The notes beneath the pieces are model-generated. The model saw nothing but the letters and a program-made list of their open reading frames with translations. It did not search any database and had not been told where the DNA came from. A program made the translations under genes and the position numbers. 64,000 nucleotides of DNA from an uncultured Gammaproteobacteria bacterium. Its GTDB lineage: Bacteria > Patescibacteriota > Patescibacteriia > UBA9934 > CAMTUG01. Location of the stretch: the NCBI GenBank assembly GCA_964588955.1, contig CAZPQJ010000006.1, positions 3,580 to 67,579 of the forward strand, given 5' to 3'. Positions 43,604-53,900 of this stretch are shown in pieces (position 1 is the first letter of the stretch; every line of letters begins with the position of its first letter).

Positions 43604-46237
43604 ATGCATCGCATGACCATGTTCCGTTTTGCCACCGTGCTCGGCGTGTTTGGATTATTCCTGTTTGTTGCGGGGCTGACACCGCATCAGGTTCGGGCGG
43701 TGGCCGGAGACGGAGCCACCAGCAACATTCGTTTGTTGGACACCGACGAAGATGGTTATCCCAACCGCATCACCTTTGATATTGCTAACCCCAACGGGGA
43801 AACGTGGACGCGCACCGGGGCCTCTCCATATGGATTGAGTGTGACCCAAGGCGGGGCGGCGATTACGATTAGTTCCGTGACGTTGACGACCGCCGCTACG
43901 GCAAACCCAGTGGGTATTCAAGTTGATTTGGATACAGGTGACGCGGATTTGGTGCAAAACACTGATGGTGTCAACGACAGCCCGATTGAGCTTATCTACA
44001 CGCAGCAGACGGGTGATCAAACGTGTACGACCTGTTTGACCGATACGGTTGATGAAGAGTTGAACACCATGGCGACGGGCGATAGTGGTGCCACGAACAC
44101 GGAAACGGATCATATGAATCCGGTGTTGACCGCCGCTCGCGTGACGCTTTCGAGCACGGTTGGTTTGGATTTTAATACCATTGCTTTGGATTACACGGAA
44201 CGCATGTTTATTTCCTTAGACGGCGATGGCGGGGTTGATTTGTCGCGCGCGGGAACCTTGCTAGGCGCGTCTACCGCCACGGTTGGAGCAATGACGACCG
44301 CAAGAACGCTTGCAGGTTTAGGTAGTTGGGGAGCAGGGAGTGGAGGAGATTTGGTTACAAGTGGCGCTACCGTGAATGAGGTGGTCACAGAAGTTGGTCA
44401 AAATAGCGTCGACGTGATCATGAACTTTTCCTCGGCAGGATATTTTTCTGCTGGTTCTGTTGCGCCGACCACGGCAACATTTACTCCAGTAGCCAATGCG
44501 TTGATTCTGTTCGATGCCGCGGGAAACGCCCAAACGACAAATCCCGTGACGATGTCTGTGACCGCGGGTTGGGATGTAACGGCACCAACCGTAGCCAACA
44601 CCTATTCCTGCGATCCTTCGTTGACCGGAAAGATTCAGCGCATGCAGGTGAACTTTAGTGAAGAGATTTTTGATTCCGCGTTGGCTGTAGGGATTTTGGA
44701 AGCAGATAATGACACCACCAACGACGGTACGGGTGAAGAAACGGCGGCGAGCCTATCTACGGAAACTGGCGGCTGTGATGGTGCAGCCAACGACACAGAT
44801 ACCAATGATGAAAAAATGCGTTTCGATGTGACGACGGGAATTGCCGGCACTGATTTGGCCTACTTCAATTATACGGGCAACACTTCGAACTTTGTGCGCG
44901 ACGGAGCAGGTAATCGATTGGTGAACGGGGCCGCTCTTGGTACGGAAAACGATAAGGCTGTTCCGCTCTTGAGCGCTTCCACCCCCGTTGACGGGGCAAC
45001 ATCTGTTTCTCGTTCGGGCTCAATCGTTCTTACCTTTACAGAACCAATGGATACGGGATCATTCAGCGGAAGTCTTTCCTCTTTTAGTGGTACATTTACA
45101 AGCGCTTGGGCGAGTGGAAGTAATGGAAGTAACTCCGTGTTGACCTTGTCGCACGCGGCGCAGTTTGTTTCCGGAAGTCATACCTATACGATTGCTGCCG
45201 CACCAGACGTGAGTGCAAACGCATTTGGTGGGGCCACGAGCACTGCGGATGAACCGTTCTCTTTCCGCGTACGGGCTGCCAGTTCCTCTAGCGGCAGCAG
45301 TTCCGGATCAGTAACATCGACCACGCCAACAATCACCCTTGACGACGTTTCTCCCGCCCCTGTTGGCGGCGAAGAAGAAACGCTCGCTTGGACCATTGGT
45401 GGGTCGGGCGCGCGCACGATTCATTTGGATTACAGCCTCGACGAGGGGGACACGTACATCGACATTATTGATAATCTTTCCACTACGGAAACGTCGTATG
45501 TATGGACGGTTCCTGTGGTGTTAACGGCTGACGCGATTGTTCGCGCTCGGGTTCTTGATAGCGGCAAGGCGGTGATTGCCACCGATACGACGGAACCATT
45601 TGCGATTGTGATGTTAGCGAGCTCGAGCACAGACGCGGAAGATGAAGAAACAGACACGGAAACCGATAGCGATACCTCTTGCCCCTTGGCCACAAGCGCT
45701 GATTTCACCAAAGACGCCTGGGGAAACCGTTGGGCTAACGACGCGGACGAACAAGGTGTTTCCCCGTTTGACGGTTCGACCGAGAACATTTCTTCGGTAG
45801 TCTGTGGATGGTTTGTGCGCGGCGAGCACTACGCCACAGTGTACTATCTTGCTGCCGACGGCACTCGTCGAGCCTTTTGGAACGCGGCAACCTTCTTAAC
45901 CTACGGAGGGGATTGGAGTGATGTGGTGTGGGTAACGGATGCCACTCTTGCCACCATGCGCCTTGGACAACCCATGTTACCGAAAGCAGGCACGGTGTTT
46001 GTAAAAACGCCGTCGAGCCCCTCCGTGTATTGGGTCACCGATGACGGATCCGGTCCTGTGTTGCACAACATTCGTTCCGAAGAAGACGCGCGTTCCGCCT
46101 TTGGCAGCGCCTGGGCCGACAGCGTGATTGATTTGGACGCTTCGCAATTCACGCACTACACGCACGGTGACGACTTTGATCCTTCAGAATCGGTGGATGT
46201 TTCCGCGATGCGATCACGTTCTTCCCTTTTCGAGTAA
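43604..46237 (+). CDS. Secreted acidic/Thr-rich surface protein with an Ig-like domain and conserved C-terminal module
   Basis: Signal peptide ending VRA; STPVDGA..IVLTFTEPM Big_5-like segment; VYY..ADG.RR.F.N module; start uncertain (43595-43619). Confidence 0.75.
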   Translation: MHRMTMFRFATVLGVFGLFLFVAGLTPHQVRAVAGDGATSNIRLLDTDEDGYPNRITFDIANPNGETWTRTGASPYGLSVTQGGAAITISSVTLTTAATANPVGIQVDLDTGDADLVQNTDGVNDSPIELIYTQQTGDQTCTTCLTDTVDEELNTMATGDSGATNTETDHMNPVLTAARVTLSSTVGLDFNTIALDYTERMFISLDGDGGVDLSRAGTLLGASTATVGAMTTARTLAGLGSWGAGSGGDLVTSGATVNEVVTEVGQNSVDVIMNFSSAGYFSAGSVAPTTATFTPVANALILFDAAGNAQTTNPVTMSVTAGWDVTAPTVANTYSCDPSLTGKIQRMQVNFSEEIFDSALAVGILEADNDTTNDGTGEETAASLSTETGGCDGAANDTDTNDEKMRFDVTTGIAGTDLAYFNYTGNTSNFVRDGAGNRLVNGAALGTENDKAVPLLSASTPVDGATSVSRSGSIVLTFTEPMDTGSFSGSLSSFSGTFTSAWASGSNGSNSVLTLSHAAQFVSGSHTYTIAAAPDVSANAFGGATSTADEPFSFRVRAASSSSGSSSGSVTSTTPTITLDDVSPAPVGGEEETLAWTIGGSGARTIHLDYSLDEGDTYIDIIDNLSTTETSYVWTVPVVLTADAIVRARVLDSGKAVIATDTTEPFAIVMLASSSTDAEDEETDTETDSDTSCPLATSADFTKDAWGNRWANDADEQGVSPFDGSTENISSVVCGWFVRGEHYATVYYLAADGTRRAFWNAATFLTYGGDWSDVVWVTDATLATMRLGQPMLPKAGTVFVKTPSSPSVYWVTDDGSGPVLHNIRSEEDARSAFGSAWADSVIDLDASQFTHYTHGDDFDPSESVDVSAMRSRSSLFE

Positions 46238-46250
46238 TCCAGGAAAAAGA

Positions 46251-46282
46251 CAAAACGACACCCATACGCGGGTGTCGTTTTG
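46251..46282. terminator. Bidirectional terminator
   Basis: caaaacgacaccc-atacgc-gggtgtcgttttg. Confidence 0.8.
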
Positions 46283-46292
46283 GTTTTGCTTG

Positions 46293-46850
46293 CTAGGTAT
46301 CTGATTGTTCGGCGAGCAACGTAGCAAATTGTTTTTTGGCTTTTTCCAGTTTGGGATTGATGACGATTTGGCAATAGGGGGCGTTAGGGTTTTGTTGAAA
46401 GTAATTTTGGTGATAGTCCGCGGCAGGATAAAAGGCGTTGAGCGGTTTCACTTCCGTCACAATGGGTTTACCCGCCTCGGTAGAAGCGTTGAGTTCGGCA
46501 ATGAAGCGTTCGGCCGCTGCTTTCTGTTGTTCGGTGGTATAAAAAATCGCCGAGCGATATTCTTCGCCAACGTCGTGCCCTTGGCGGTTGAGCGACGTTG
46601 GATCATGGCTTGAAAAAAAGACGCTCAACAGATCATCAAGGCTAATCACGTGCGGATCATATTCCAAGCGAATGACTTCCGCGTGCCCGGTGGTTCCGCT
46701 GTAGACTTGGGTGTCTGTGGGGTGAGGCGTGGATCCTCCGGCGTAACCAGCGGTGACGGAAACGACGCCGCGGATCATCTTAAACACCGCCTCGGTGCAC
46801 CAAAAACATCCGCCGCCAAGCACGATCGTTTCTGTTTGTGTGTTGGTCAT
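46293..46850 (-). CDS. msrA: Peptide methionine sulfoxide reductase A
   Basis: GGGCFWCTE, GHAEV, HDPT, YRSAI, YHQNY. Confidence 0.96.
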   Translation of the reverse strand: MTNTQTETIVLGGGCFWCTEAVFKMIRGVVSVTAGYAGGSTPHPTDTQVYSGTTGHAEVIRLEYDPHVISLDDLLSVFFSSHDPTSLNRQGHDVGEEYRSAIFYTTEQQKAAAERFIAELNASTEAGKPIVTEVKPLNAFYPAADYHQNYFQQNPNAPYCQIVINPKLEKAKKQFATLLAEQSDT

Positions 46851-46958
46851 AAAATAGATGAAAAGCGGGTAGAGTCAGTATAAAGCATCTTTGCGCATTG
46901 GCCAAAATGAAACCGCCCACCAGAGTGAGCCAGCGGGCGGCTCGCGATCCCGAGGGGA

Positions 46959-48506
46959 TCAGAGGTGGGCGGAAGATTTCTCAGTGGGAAGTCGACGGTT
47001 GTCGCAGCGGCCGCGACTGGCGAAGTCGTGCCAGATTTGTTCGCGTGTTGCGTCCATCGTACTGCCGATGTAGTAGAAGTGTCGGACGTTCTTGAGGCGT
47101 TTGCTGAGCATTTGCCAGTCGGCGAGCTTGCCGCACATGTCGGTGGTGGGCGCTTCGCGGTGCTGGTAGATGGCGAGAAGGATGACGTAGTTGGTGAAGA
47201 GCCGGAATTCATCCGGGGTCTTACCGTCCAGCTGCCATTCGCTCGCCAAACGCATCTCTTCATCCAGCAAGACGCTTTCTGCGGTGTAGAAGGGCACGCG
47301 ATCAATGCTGCTCTTCACCCACATACCGCTCGCGCAAAGGGCGAGGGCGCTGAGAACGTAGGCGTACGTATTGATACGGGAGGTGGGAATGTGTTCCTTC
47401 AGGAGAGGGGCGGTGGCGTTGAACCAGATGGCGGCGACGGTCATGGTACAGATCGCGGGCATCAGGCAGTAACGAACACCAATTGCGGCATTGTGCATGG
47501 CGTAGAGGGTTCCGGGCAGGTTGCCAAGAATCCAGCCAGCCGCGATTCCGGCGAGCCCGAGCGACAGGCGACGATTGGTACTCCACATGGCTCCGGCTGC
47601 GATCAAGACAGCGCCAGTTCCGACGTAACCGAGCGTGGCAATGTGCCAAACAATACTGTCGGGTACATAGACCATCCGCGAGTAACGCGGTCCGATCGTT
47701 TGTCCGATTTGAAAGAGCTGGGTTCCGAGTTGGGCGCAGAAGAGCGCGATGTTCTGCGGGTCCTGGATGAGGCGTCCAAGCGCCAAGCGGACGACCGGAA
47801 TCGGCATGATCGACGCGTAGAGGCACCAGTGGATCACAGCTCCCACGCCTGCCGCGCATCCGATCGTGAGAACCGCGCGCTTGGGTTGTCCGAGAAGGAG
47901 AACCACGACGGGAAACCACAGGCCGTTGATCGTTGCCGTCGGTTTGGCAAAGCCCGCGCACAGGGTGAAGGCGAGCGCGGTAAGCGCCATGCCACGAGGG
48001 GTGTTGCGCGACGTGAGCACGTTGAGTCCGATGATCAGCAGAAACGTACCGAGAATGTCGGACAGATCCGACGCCCAGGGAACGCTATCGGCGAACAGTG
48101 GATGGGTGGCAACGAGGGTGGCGCACCCCAGACTGTAGACCGGCTTGCCGCTCACCCGTTTCACGCAGGCGTAGACACCGAAGATCGTTCCGATGAATAC
48201 GCCGACGTTGAGCAGGCGAAACGGAACGATGCTCGTACGTCCGAACATCCAGGCCGTCAGATCGTGCAAGGTTGCCGCGAGCGGCGACCAAGGCACCGGA
48301 TTGCGGGCATACCCCGGAACCGTATAGGTCCCCGCGGACCATTCCTGCAAAATGCGCGAGAGCGGATGGGGATCGTTTGTGGGGGCGATGATGGCCGTGA
48401 CGTCGTCGAGCACGCCGCTCGGAACCGCGGTGTAGGCACCGGCGGCGTAGACACAGACGATACAGACGAGCACCAGCCAACAAAACCGGGTGGCATTCTT
48501 GGACAC
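46959..48506 (-). CDS. Multi-TM GT-C / TMTC-like glycosyltransferase (GC-rich)
   Basis: LDD, FRLLNV, ATHPLFADSVPW, AK, RY motifs; GTG start with ggagg SD; TTGCCA-17-TAAGGT upstream. Confidence 0.65.
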   Translation of the reverse strand: MSKNATRFCWLVLVCIVCVYAAGAYTAVPSGVLDDVTAIIAPTNDPHPLSRILQEWSAGTYTVPGYARNPVPWSPLAATLHDLTAWMFGRTSIVPFRLLNVGVFIGTIFGVYACVKRVSGKPVYSLGCATLVATHPLFADSVPWASDLSDILGTFLLIIGLNVLTSRNTPRGMALTALAFTLCAGFAKPTATINGLWFPVVVLLLGQPKRAVLTIGCAAGVGAVIHWCLYASIMPIPVVRLALGRLIQDPQNIALFCAQLGTQLFQIGQTIGPRYSRMVYVPDSIVWHIATLGYVGTGAVLIAAGAMWSTNRRLSLGLAGIAAGWILGNLPGTLYAMHNAAIGVRYCLMPAICTMTVAAIWFNATAPLLKEHIPTSRINTYAYVLSALALCASGMWVKSSIDRVPFYTAESVLLDEEMRLASEWQLDGKTPDEFRLFTNYVILLAIYQHREAPTTDMCGKLADWQMLSKRLKNVRHFYYIGSTMDATREQIWHDFASRGRCDNRRLPTEKSSAHL

Positions 48507-48646
48507 GGAACCTCCGAACAGTAAGGGAATTTTACCTTATCAACTTTTTCCTCATCTGGCAACAGTGAGGGGTGAGGGGGCGAGTGCGACGTCCTCTTTT
48601 TTCTGGTACAGTTCTCTTAAGTTGTAAATAGGATAATCTTTTTTCT

Positions 48647-48868
48647 ATGGCAGACGACTTTGACCGCGATCAGGCAGGGGAGCGGCACCGGGCGGTGATT
48701 CAGGAAGCGCAGCGTATTCGCGACGGGATCACGACAGATGTGATCGATTATTATTACAACGCACCGGAGTCCGAGGAACAGGATCGCGAGTATCGGGAGG
48801 GTATGCGCAAATTTTTACGCATCGCCGCCGAGCGGATCGATGCGTTGTTACAAGGAAGACTTGGGTAG
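48647..48868 (+). CDS. Hypothetical 73 aa
   Basis: ctATG start; isolated ORF. Confidence 0.5.
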   Translation: MADDFDRDQAGERHRAVIQEAQRIRDGITTDVIDYYYNAPESEEQDREYREGMRKFLRIAAERIDALLQGRLG

Positions 48869-48886
48869 TAAAACAAAAAACGGCGC

Positions 48887-49891
48887 TTAGCAATAAGTGC
48901 CGTTTTTGTAGATGGTCTCTCCATCAATCTGTACCGTTTCCACATCGACAAAGACGTCTACGTGGTAGCGGCTTTGGCGTTTGGGAAATCCTGGCTTGCC
49001 GTAAATGGTATGTTTTTGTCCAAGAGAAAGGTGAATACCGCACATCCGTTCGTAACTGCCGATGTCGGTGAGTCGTCGGTTTTTCGTAAGAGCGCGGTTC
49101 ATACCGAATCCTAATTCACGCACCCACAGTGGTTCAGTGGCCGAGATTTGATCAAGCACGGCTTGAAAGGCGGGGGTTGGATTGATGACGTTACTGATGA
49201 GTCCGTTGGTAATCTCGACTTCGATTGGTTCTTCGGGAACAATCACTCGGAATCCCGCGTCACCAAAGGCGAATAACTTGACGCGCCCGTTTACCTGAGC
49301 GATATCGGCCGCTTCGGTGAACACTTCGCCAATGGGAAATTGTCCGCCAACGTTTTTCATGGCGCGGTAATCGCCGATGTTTAACTTGGCCGGCTCGAAG
49401 GGGGCTTGATAGACAAGTTCCGTTCCGGCGCAGGCGACAATGATCTGTTTGGCATTGTCGATTTTAGATTTGATGGTCGGACCAAGCGTACGATAGTAAT
49501 CGGCGTCGTAAGCCAAAGAATCGATATAGGTCACAATTTCGTCATCGGGCATGCGGCCGAGGTGTGGATGTTCAATCGTAGCGAGTGAACGGGTAAATAA
49601 CTCCAAGCGAAAACGGAATTCATTCAAACGAAAACTGGTCGATTGCACCAGCACCACTAAATCTCCGGCAGACAGCGCTTCGATCGCGCCGCGCACATCT
49701 CCTGGGGAAGCTTCCGAGAAATCGATCATCTGCGCCTGCGGCAACACTGTTCGATAGCCCTCGGTTAACAGATTGGCTAGCGGAGACAAGGTGTCGTACA
49801 CAACCAGCGCCCGCTTTTCTTGTGTGTATCCAATCGCCGAAAAAACCGTGTCGTGCAGATTTTTGGCAGTCGTGTTTTTGAGATCTATCAT
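48887..49891 (-). CDS. Aminopeptidase-like protein (M29/thermophilic metalloprotease-related)
   Basis: FPIGEVFT, RELGFGMN, ERMCGIHLSLG, HVDVFV. Confidence 0.7.
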   Translation of the reverse strand: MIDLKNTTAKNLHDTVFSAIGYTQEKRALVVYDTLSPLANLLTEGYRTVLPQAQMIDFSEASPGDVRGAIEALSAGDLVVLVQSTSFRLNEFRFRLELFTRSLATIEHPHLGRMPDDEIVTYIDSLAYDADYYRTLGPTIKSKIDNAKQIIVACAGTELVYQAPFEPAKLNIGDYRAMKNVGGQFPIGEVFTEAADIAQVNGRVKLFAFGDAGFRVIVPEEPIEVEITNGLISNVINPTPAFQAVLDQISATEPLWVRELGFGMNRALTKNRRLTDIGSYERMCGIHLSLGQKHTIYGKPGFPKRQSRYHVDVFVDVETVQIDGETIYKNGTYC

Positions 49892-49972
49892 AACGCCGGG
49901 ATGGTAGCGTGTTTGCAGGGGAAAATCAACCGCCTTGTATTATCTGCGTCATTTTCTTGCTATACTCATTTT

Positions 49973-50485
49973 ATGTCTATGCAAAAAAGAACCTTTTATG
50001 GATTCCTTGGGATCGTGATTCTCGTTTTGGCTCTTGGGTCGTTGCTGTTGTTACGGGTGACGACACGGCAAACGGCATTGCCTGTAACTCCACCGGCAGA
50101 TTTTCTTCTCACCTGGAGCGAGGGAGGGGGAATGGAGCAGTCGGGTTCGACGGTCGTGCTCAACGGACACCAAGGTACGGTCGAGACATGGAATTCTGAG
50201 AACGCGGCGCAACAGAAAACAACATCAACGTTTACGTTAAGCGATCAAGAATTCGCCGAGCTGTATGCCTTTTTGCGATCGCGTGCCGCCGACACCGTTG
50301 GACAAGACGTGTCATCGCGGATCTTTGATGGCGACAATGCAGGGTATGACCTTTCATGGGATGACCGCAACGTACACGTGTGGGGAATGATTGTTCCTCA
50401 AGTGGATGTGCAACGGTACAGAGATGTTTATATGTATCTTAGTCAACTGTTTGCAAAAAAGGTTTCCGTTGGTTCATCATCTTAA
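49973..50485 (+). CDS. Hypothetical membrane-anchored protein
   Basis: N-terminal TM; W-S-E-GGG and DG motifs. Confidence 0.55.
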   Translation: MSMQKRTFYGFLGIVILVLALGSLLLLRVTTRQTALPVTPPADFLLTWSEGGGMEQSGSTVVLNGHQGTVETWNSENAAQQKTTSTFTLSDQEFAELYAFLRSRAADTVGQDVSSRIFDGDNAGYDLSWDDRNVHVWGMIVPQVDVQRYRDVYMYLSQLFAKKVSVGSSS

Positions 50486-50490
50486 CGTCT

Positions 50491-50841
50491 ATGAAGAAGA
50501 AATACTTTATCTTGAGCGTGGTGTCGATCCTGATGGTGATTGTCGCCGCGATACTGTTTTGGCCGCAACCGTTTCAGGGCACGTGGAAGCAATCTGGTGG
50601 CGACGGAGAATTTACCTGGTACCGTAATACAACGTACCAATGGCATCACTATCGCGCAGAAGGGTATCCATCGTTTAAAGAATCTGGGTGGTATTGGGTA
50701 GAAAAACACGATGGCAATATCTATACGCTCAAGGTATGGGTTGCTGGGGTCAACGGAGAGTCTGGACGCTGGGAACAACAAACGATTGAATTGACGGGAA
50801 AAGATCAAGCAAATCTTCAGGGATCAGCAGCGCAACGGTAA
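50491..50841 (+). CDS. Hypothetical exported beta-rich protein
   Basis: Signal/TM helix, then FQGTW and aromatic-rich strands. Confidence 0.55.
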   Translation: MKKKYFILSVVSILMVIVAAILFWPQPFQGTWKQSGGDGEFTWYRNTTYQWHHYRAEGYPSFKESGWYWVEKHDGNIYTLKVWVAGVNGESGRWEQQTIELTGKDQANLQGSAAQR

Positions 50842-50939
50842 AGATTTCAGTTATCCACAAAAACAAAATAGCGCTGAGTATCGCGCAATTCTGTTTTTGT
50901 GTACAATAGTAACACTTTCTTAGTCCTGGCTTTGTTTTT

Positions 50940-53900
50940 ATGCTATCTTTTTTGCGTGGCAGAGGTTCTCAGCATATCGCGGGTGTCTTTTTCGTCTGCG
51001 TTTTTTTATTTTTTGGGAACTTGTTCTTTACCCATCAGGCCCATGCCGCGGTTGTTACCTGGACAGGTTTAGGGCTCGATGGACAATGGAATACCGGCAC
51101 GAACTGGAGCACGGGATCAAAACCAGCAGCAGCAGATACAGCGACTTTTGATGGAACCTGCGGAGTTAACTGTGCAGTAACCATCAACACCAACGTCAGT
51201 ATTACCGCCATTAACATGGCTTCTGGATACACGGGAACAATCACGCAAAGCAATACAAACACCGTGGCGTTAACGGGGTCGTTTACTCTTACGGCGGGAA
51301 CCTATGTGGGTTCGACGCAAACTTTATCGATTGCTACAACGTATACACAGACAGGAGGAACGTTTACAGGGGGTTCCGGAACGGTGACGCATACAGGGGC
51401 GTTTACCTTAAGCGGCGCGGGTGCTGTTTACACTGCTTCCAGCGGCACAACCATTTTTAGTAGTAACTTTACCCATTCAGCTGGTACGGGAACATTTACG
51501 CATAACAGCGGTTTGGTCAGTATTACCGGAGGAAGCACAAGGACATTTGATTTTGCTACCAGCGAAACGTTTGGTAGCGTTACTTTGAATAAAACAACGG
51601 CCACGAGTTTAACCATTGCTTCTGGTGACACCATGATCGTGACAGGCACGAGTACGCTTACGGACGGAAATCTTACGACTGGTACATGGGACGCACGGGG
51701 AACGACGAGTTGGGCCTCAACATTTGACGGTGGAACTGGGACGCTGCTCCTGGGAGGTTCGGCGGTTGTTGCAGCGACACTAAACTCCGGGAACACCGCT
51801 GTCAACTTGAGCATCACGAACGCCAACGTCACTGTTGATACCGCGGGTTCGGGAACAGTCGCGGTGGGCGCATTAACCATGTCTGCCGGTGTTCTGAACG
51901 CGAATGCGGCAACCATGACCTATTCTGGCGCCGTGGCACTCAGCGGGGGAACGTATAACGCGCCAACGTCCGGAGCAGGAACAACGACGTTTAGTTCGAC
52001 ATTTGACCAAACATTGACGGGTGTGTTTGCGGGCGGTACGAATGCAGTCACGCACACGGGTGCGTTTACGCTGAGCGGTGCGGGGGCGACCTATACGGCA
52101 ACAAGCGGTACAACAACATTTAGCGCGGGGTTTACACATACAGCCGGTACAGGCACATTCACTCACAATAATGGTTCCGTAAAGTTTTCCGGTTCAGCAT
52201 CAACCACCAACGTCGCTACAAGCGAAGCGTTTTATAACGTGGAGCTGGCGAAGAATAACGCTACCTTGTTGACTGTTTCTTCCGGAGATACTTTGGTGGT
52301 AAATAACACACTCACACTTACCAATGGTGGCTTTGGGACGGGAACCGTCGAGGCGCTTAATACGATTTCGTTGAACGCGGGTTGGGACGGGGGAGGCGGA
52401 ACGTTGTTAATTGATGGCGTCAATACGCAAACCCTTGCTCTCAACGGAGGTGGTGCGGCTATCGCGAGTACAGTTACCTTAAACAACGCGAATTTTACGT
52501 TTAGTGGTACCGGTGCTGGAACATTGACCTTTAGCGCCGTAAACCTCCAAGCTGGAACCATTGATGCCACGGGATACAGCATGACGTTTAGTGGCGCCTA
52601 TAACCAATCCGGCGGAACGTTTACGGGAGGAAGCGGAACGGTGACGCATTCCACGTTCACCCTTTCAAATGGTACATACACCGCAACAAGCGGTACAACA
52701 AACATTTCAACAACATGGACGCACTCAGCCGGAACATTTAATCACGGGAGCGGAACGATTTCTTCTACCGGCGGCACGTTCACCATGACAATTGTTGATC
52801 AAGACGTGTTTTATAACGCCACATTTACTGTAACGAATGCAAACACACGAACCATTTCTGGAGGAACGTTGATCGTTGCCAACACATTCTATTTCAGCAG
52901 CGGTGGCGGTGCGCTCACAGGAACGTTTGATCTGCGCGGTGACATTACGGGAGGTGGGACAACATTTCCTGGGACAAGAACTATCTCCATTACGGGAACT
53001 GCAGATCAAACGTGGAGTATTCCTTCTGGATTCAGTGGAACATTTACTGTTGATAAAAGTGCGGGGACAGTGAATCAAACAACCGCTATTACAACAGGAA
53101 CTTGGACCTTTACAGCAGGGACCTGGAACGCGAATGATTCCGGATTCACCCCTAACTCAACTTACACCCACAATGGAGGAACGATGAATTTTGGAGGATC
53201 CACGGTCACTTTAGGAAACTTTACTTTTTCCGCTGGGACAGTTAATGCGACAACGGCAACCATGACGGTTAATGGAAACTGGACGCACACAGCGGGCGGT
53301 ACGTTTAACCACAACAATGGAAGCGTGAGTATCTCTACGGGGACAACCGCTGTTGATGTCGCGAGCACAGAGACGTTTTATAATTTGACAGTATCTCCAT
53401 CGAGTACAAGAACGATTACGATTGCCAACGGTGATTCTTGTATCGTGTTAGGAACGCTTACGCTAAGTGGAAGCAATGGAACGATCGCACAAACAACAAA
53501 ACCAGCCGAGGGAAGTTTTCAATTATATGGCGACCTAACGTTAGGCGCGAGTTTTGCTAATGCGACGACAACATTTGGTTTTTATGGTAGCGCTACGCAG
53601 CACCTCACGGAGGGGGCTGCAAAGGCGATTGGAAATATTACCATTGATAAATCGGGCGGATCAGTCATTTTGGATTCTACGCTCGACGACGGGAATACCA
53701 TGACCGTAACGGTAACGAATGGGACGCTCGACCTGAATGGCAACGCCATCTCCATGAACGCCACGAGCTCAAAATTGATCATTAATGCGGGCGGCACGCT
53801 CAAACTTCAGGGTGGCGAAACGATCACCACCACGGGCGCCTCCTATCCACAATGGGACGCGGGAAGCACAATCTATTATTACGGTACGGGAGCCGCTTAT

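Noticed and set aside
46965-48524. 519-aa plus-strand ORF
   Set aside because: Shadow of the GC-rich membrane glycosyltransferase; no motifs.
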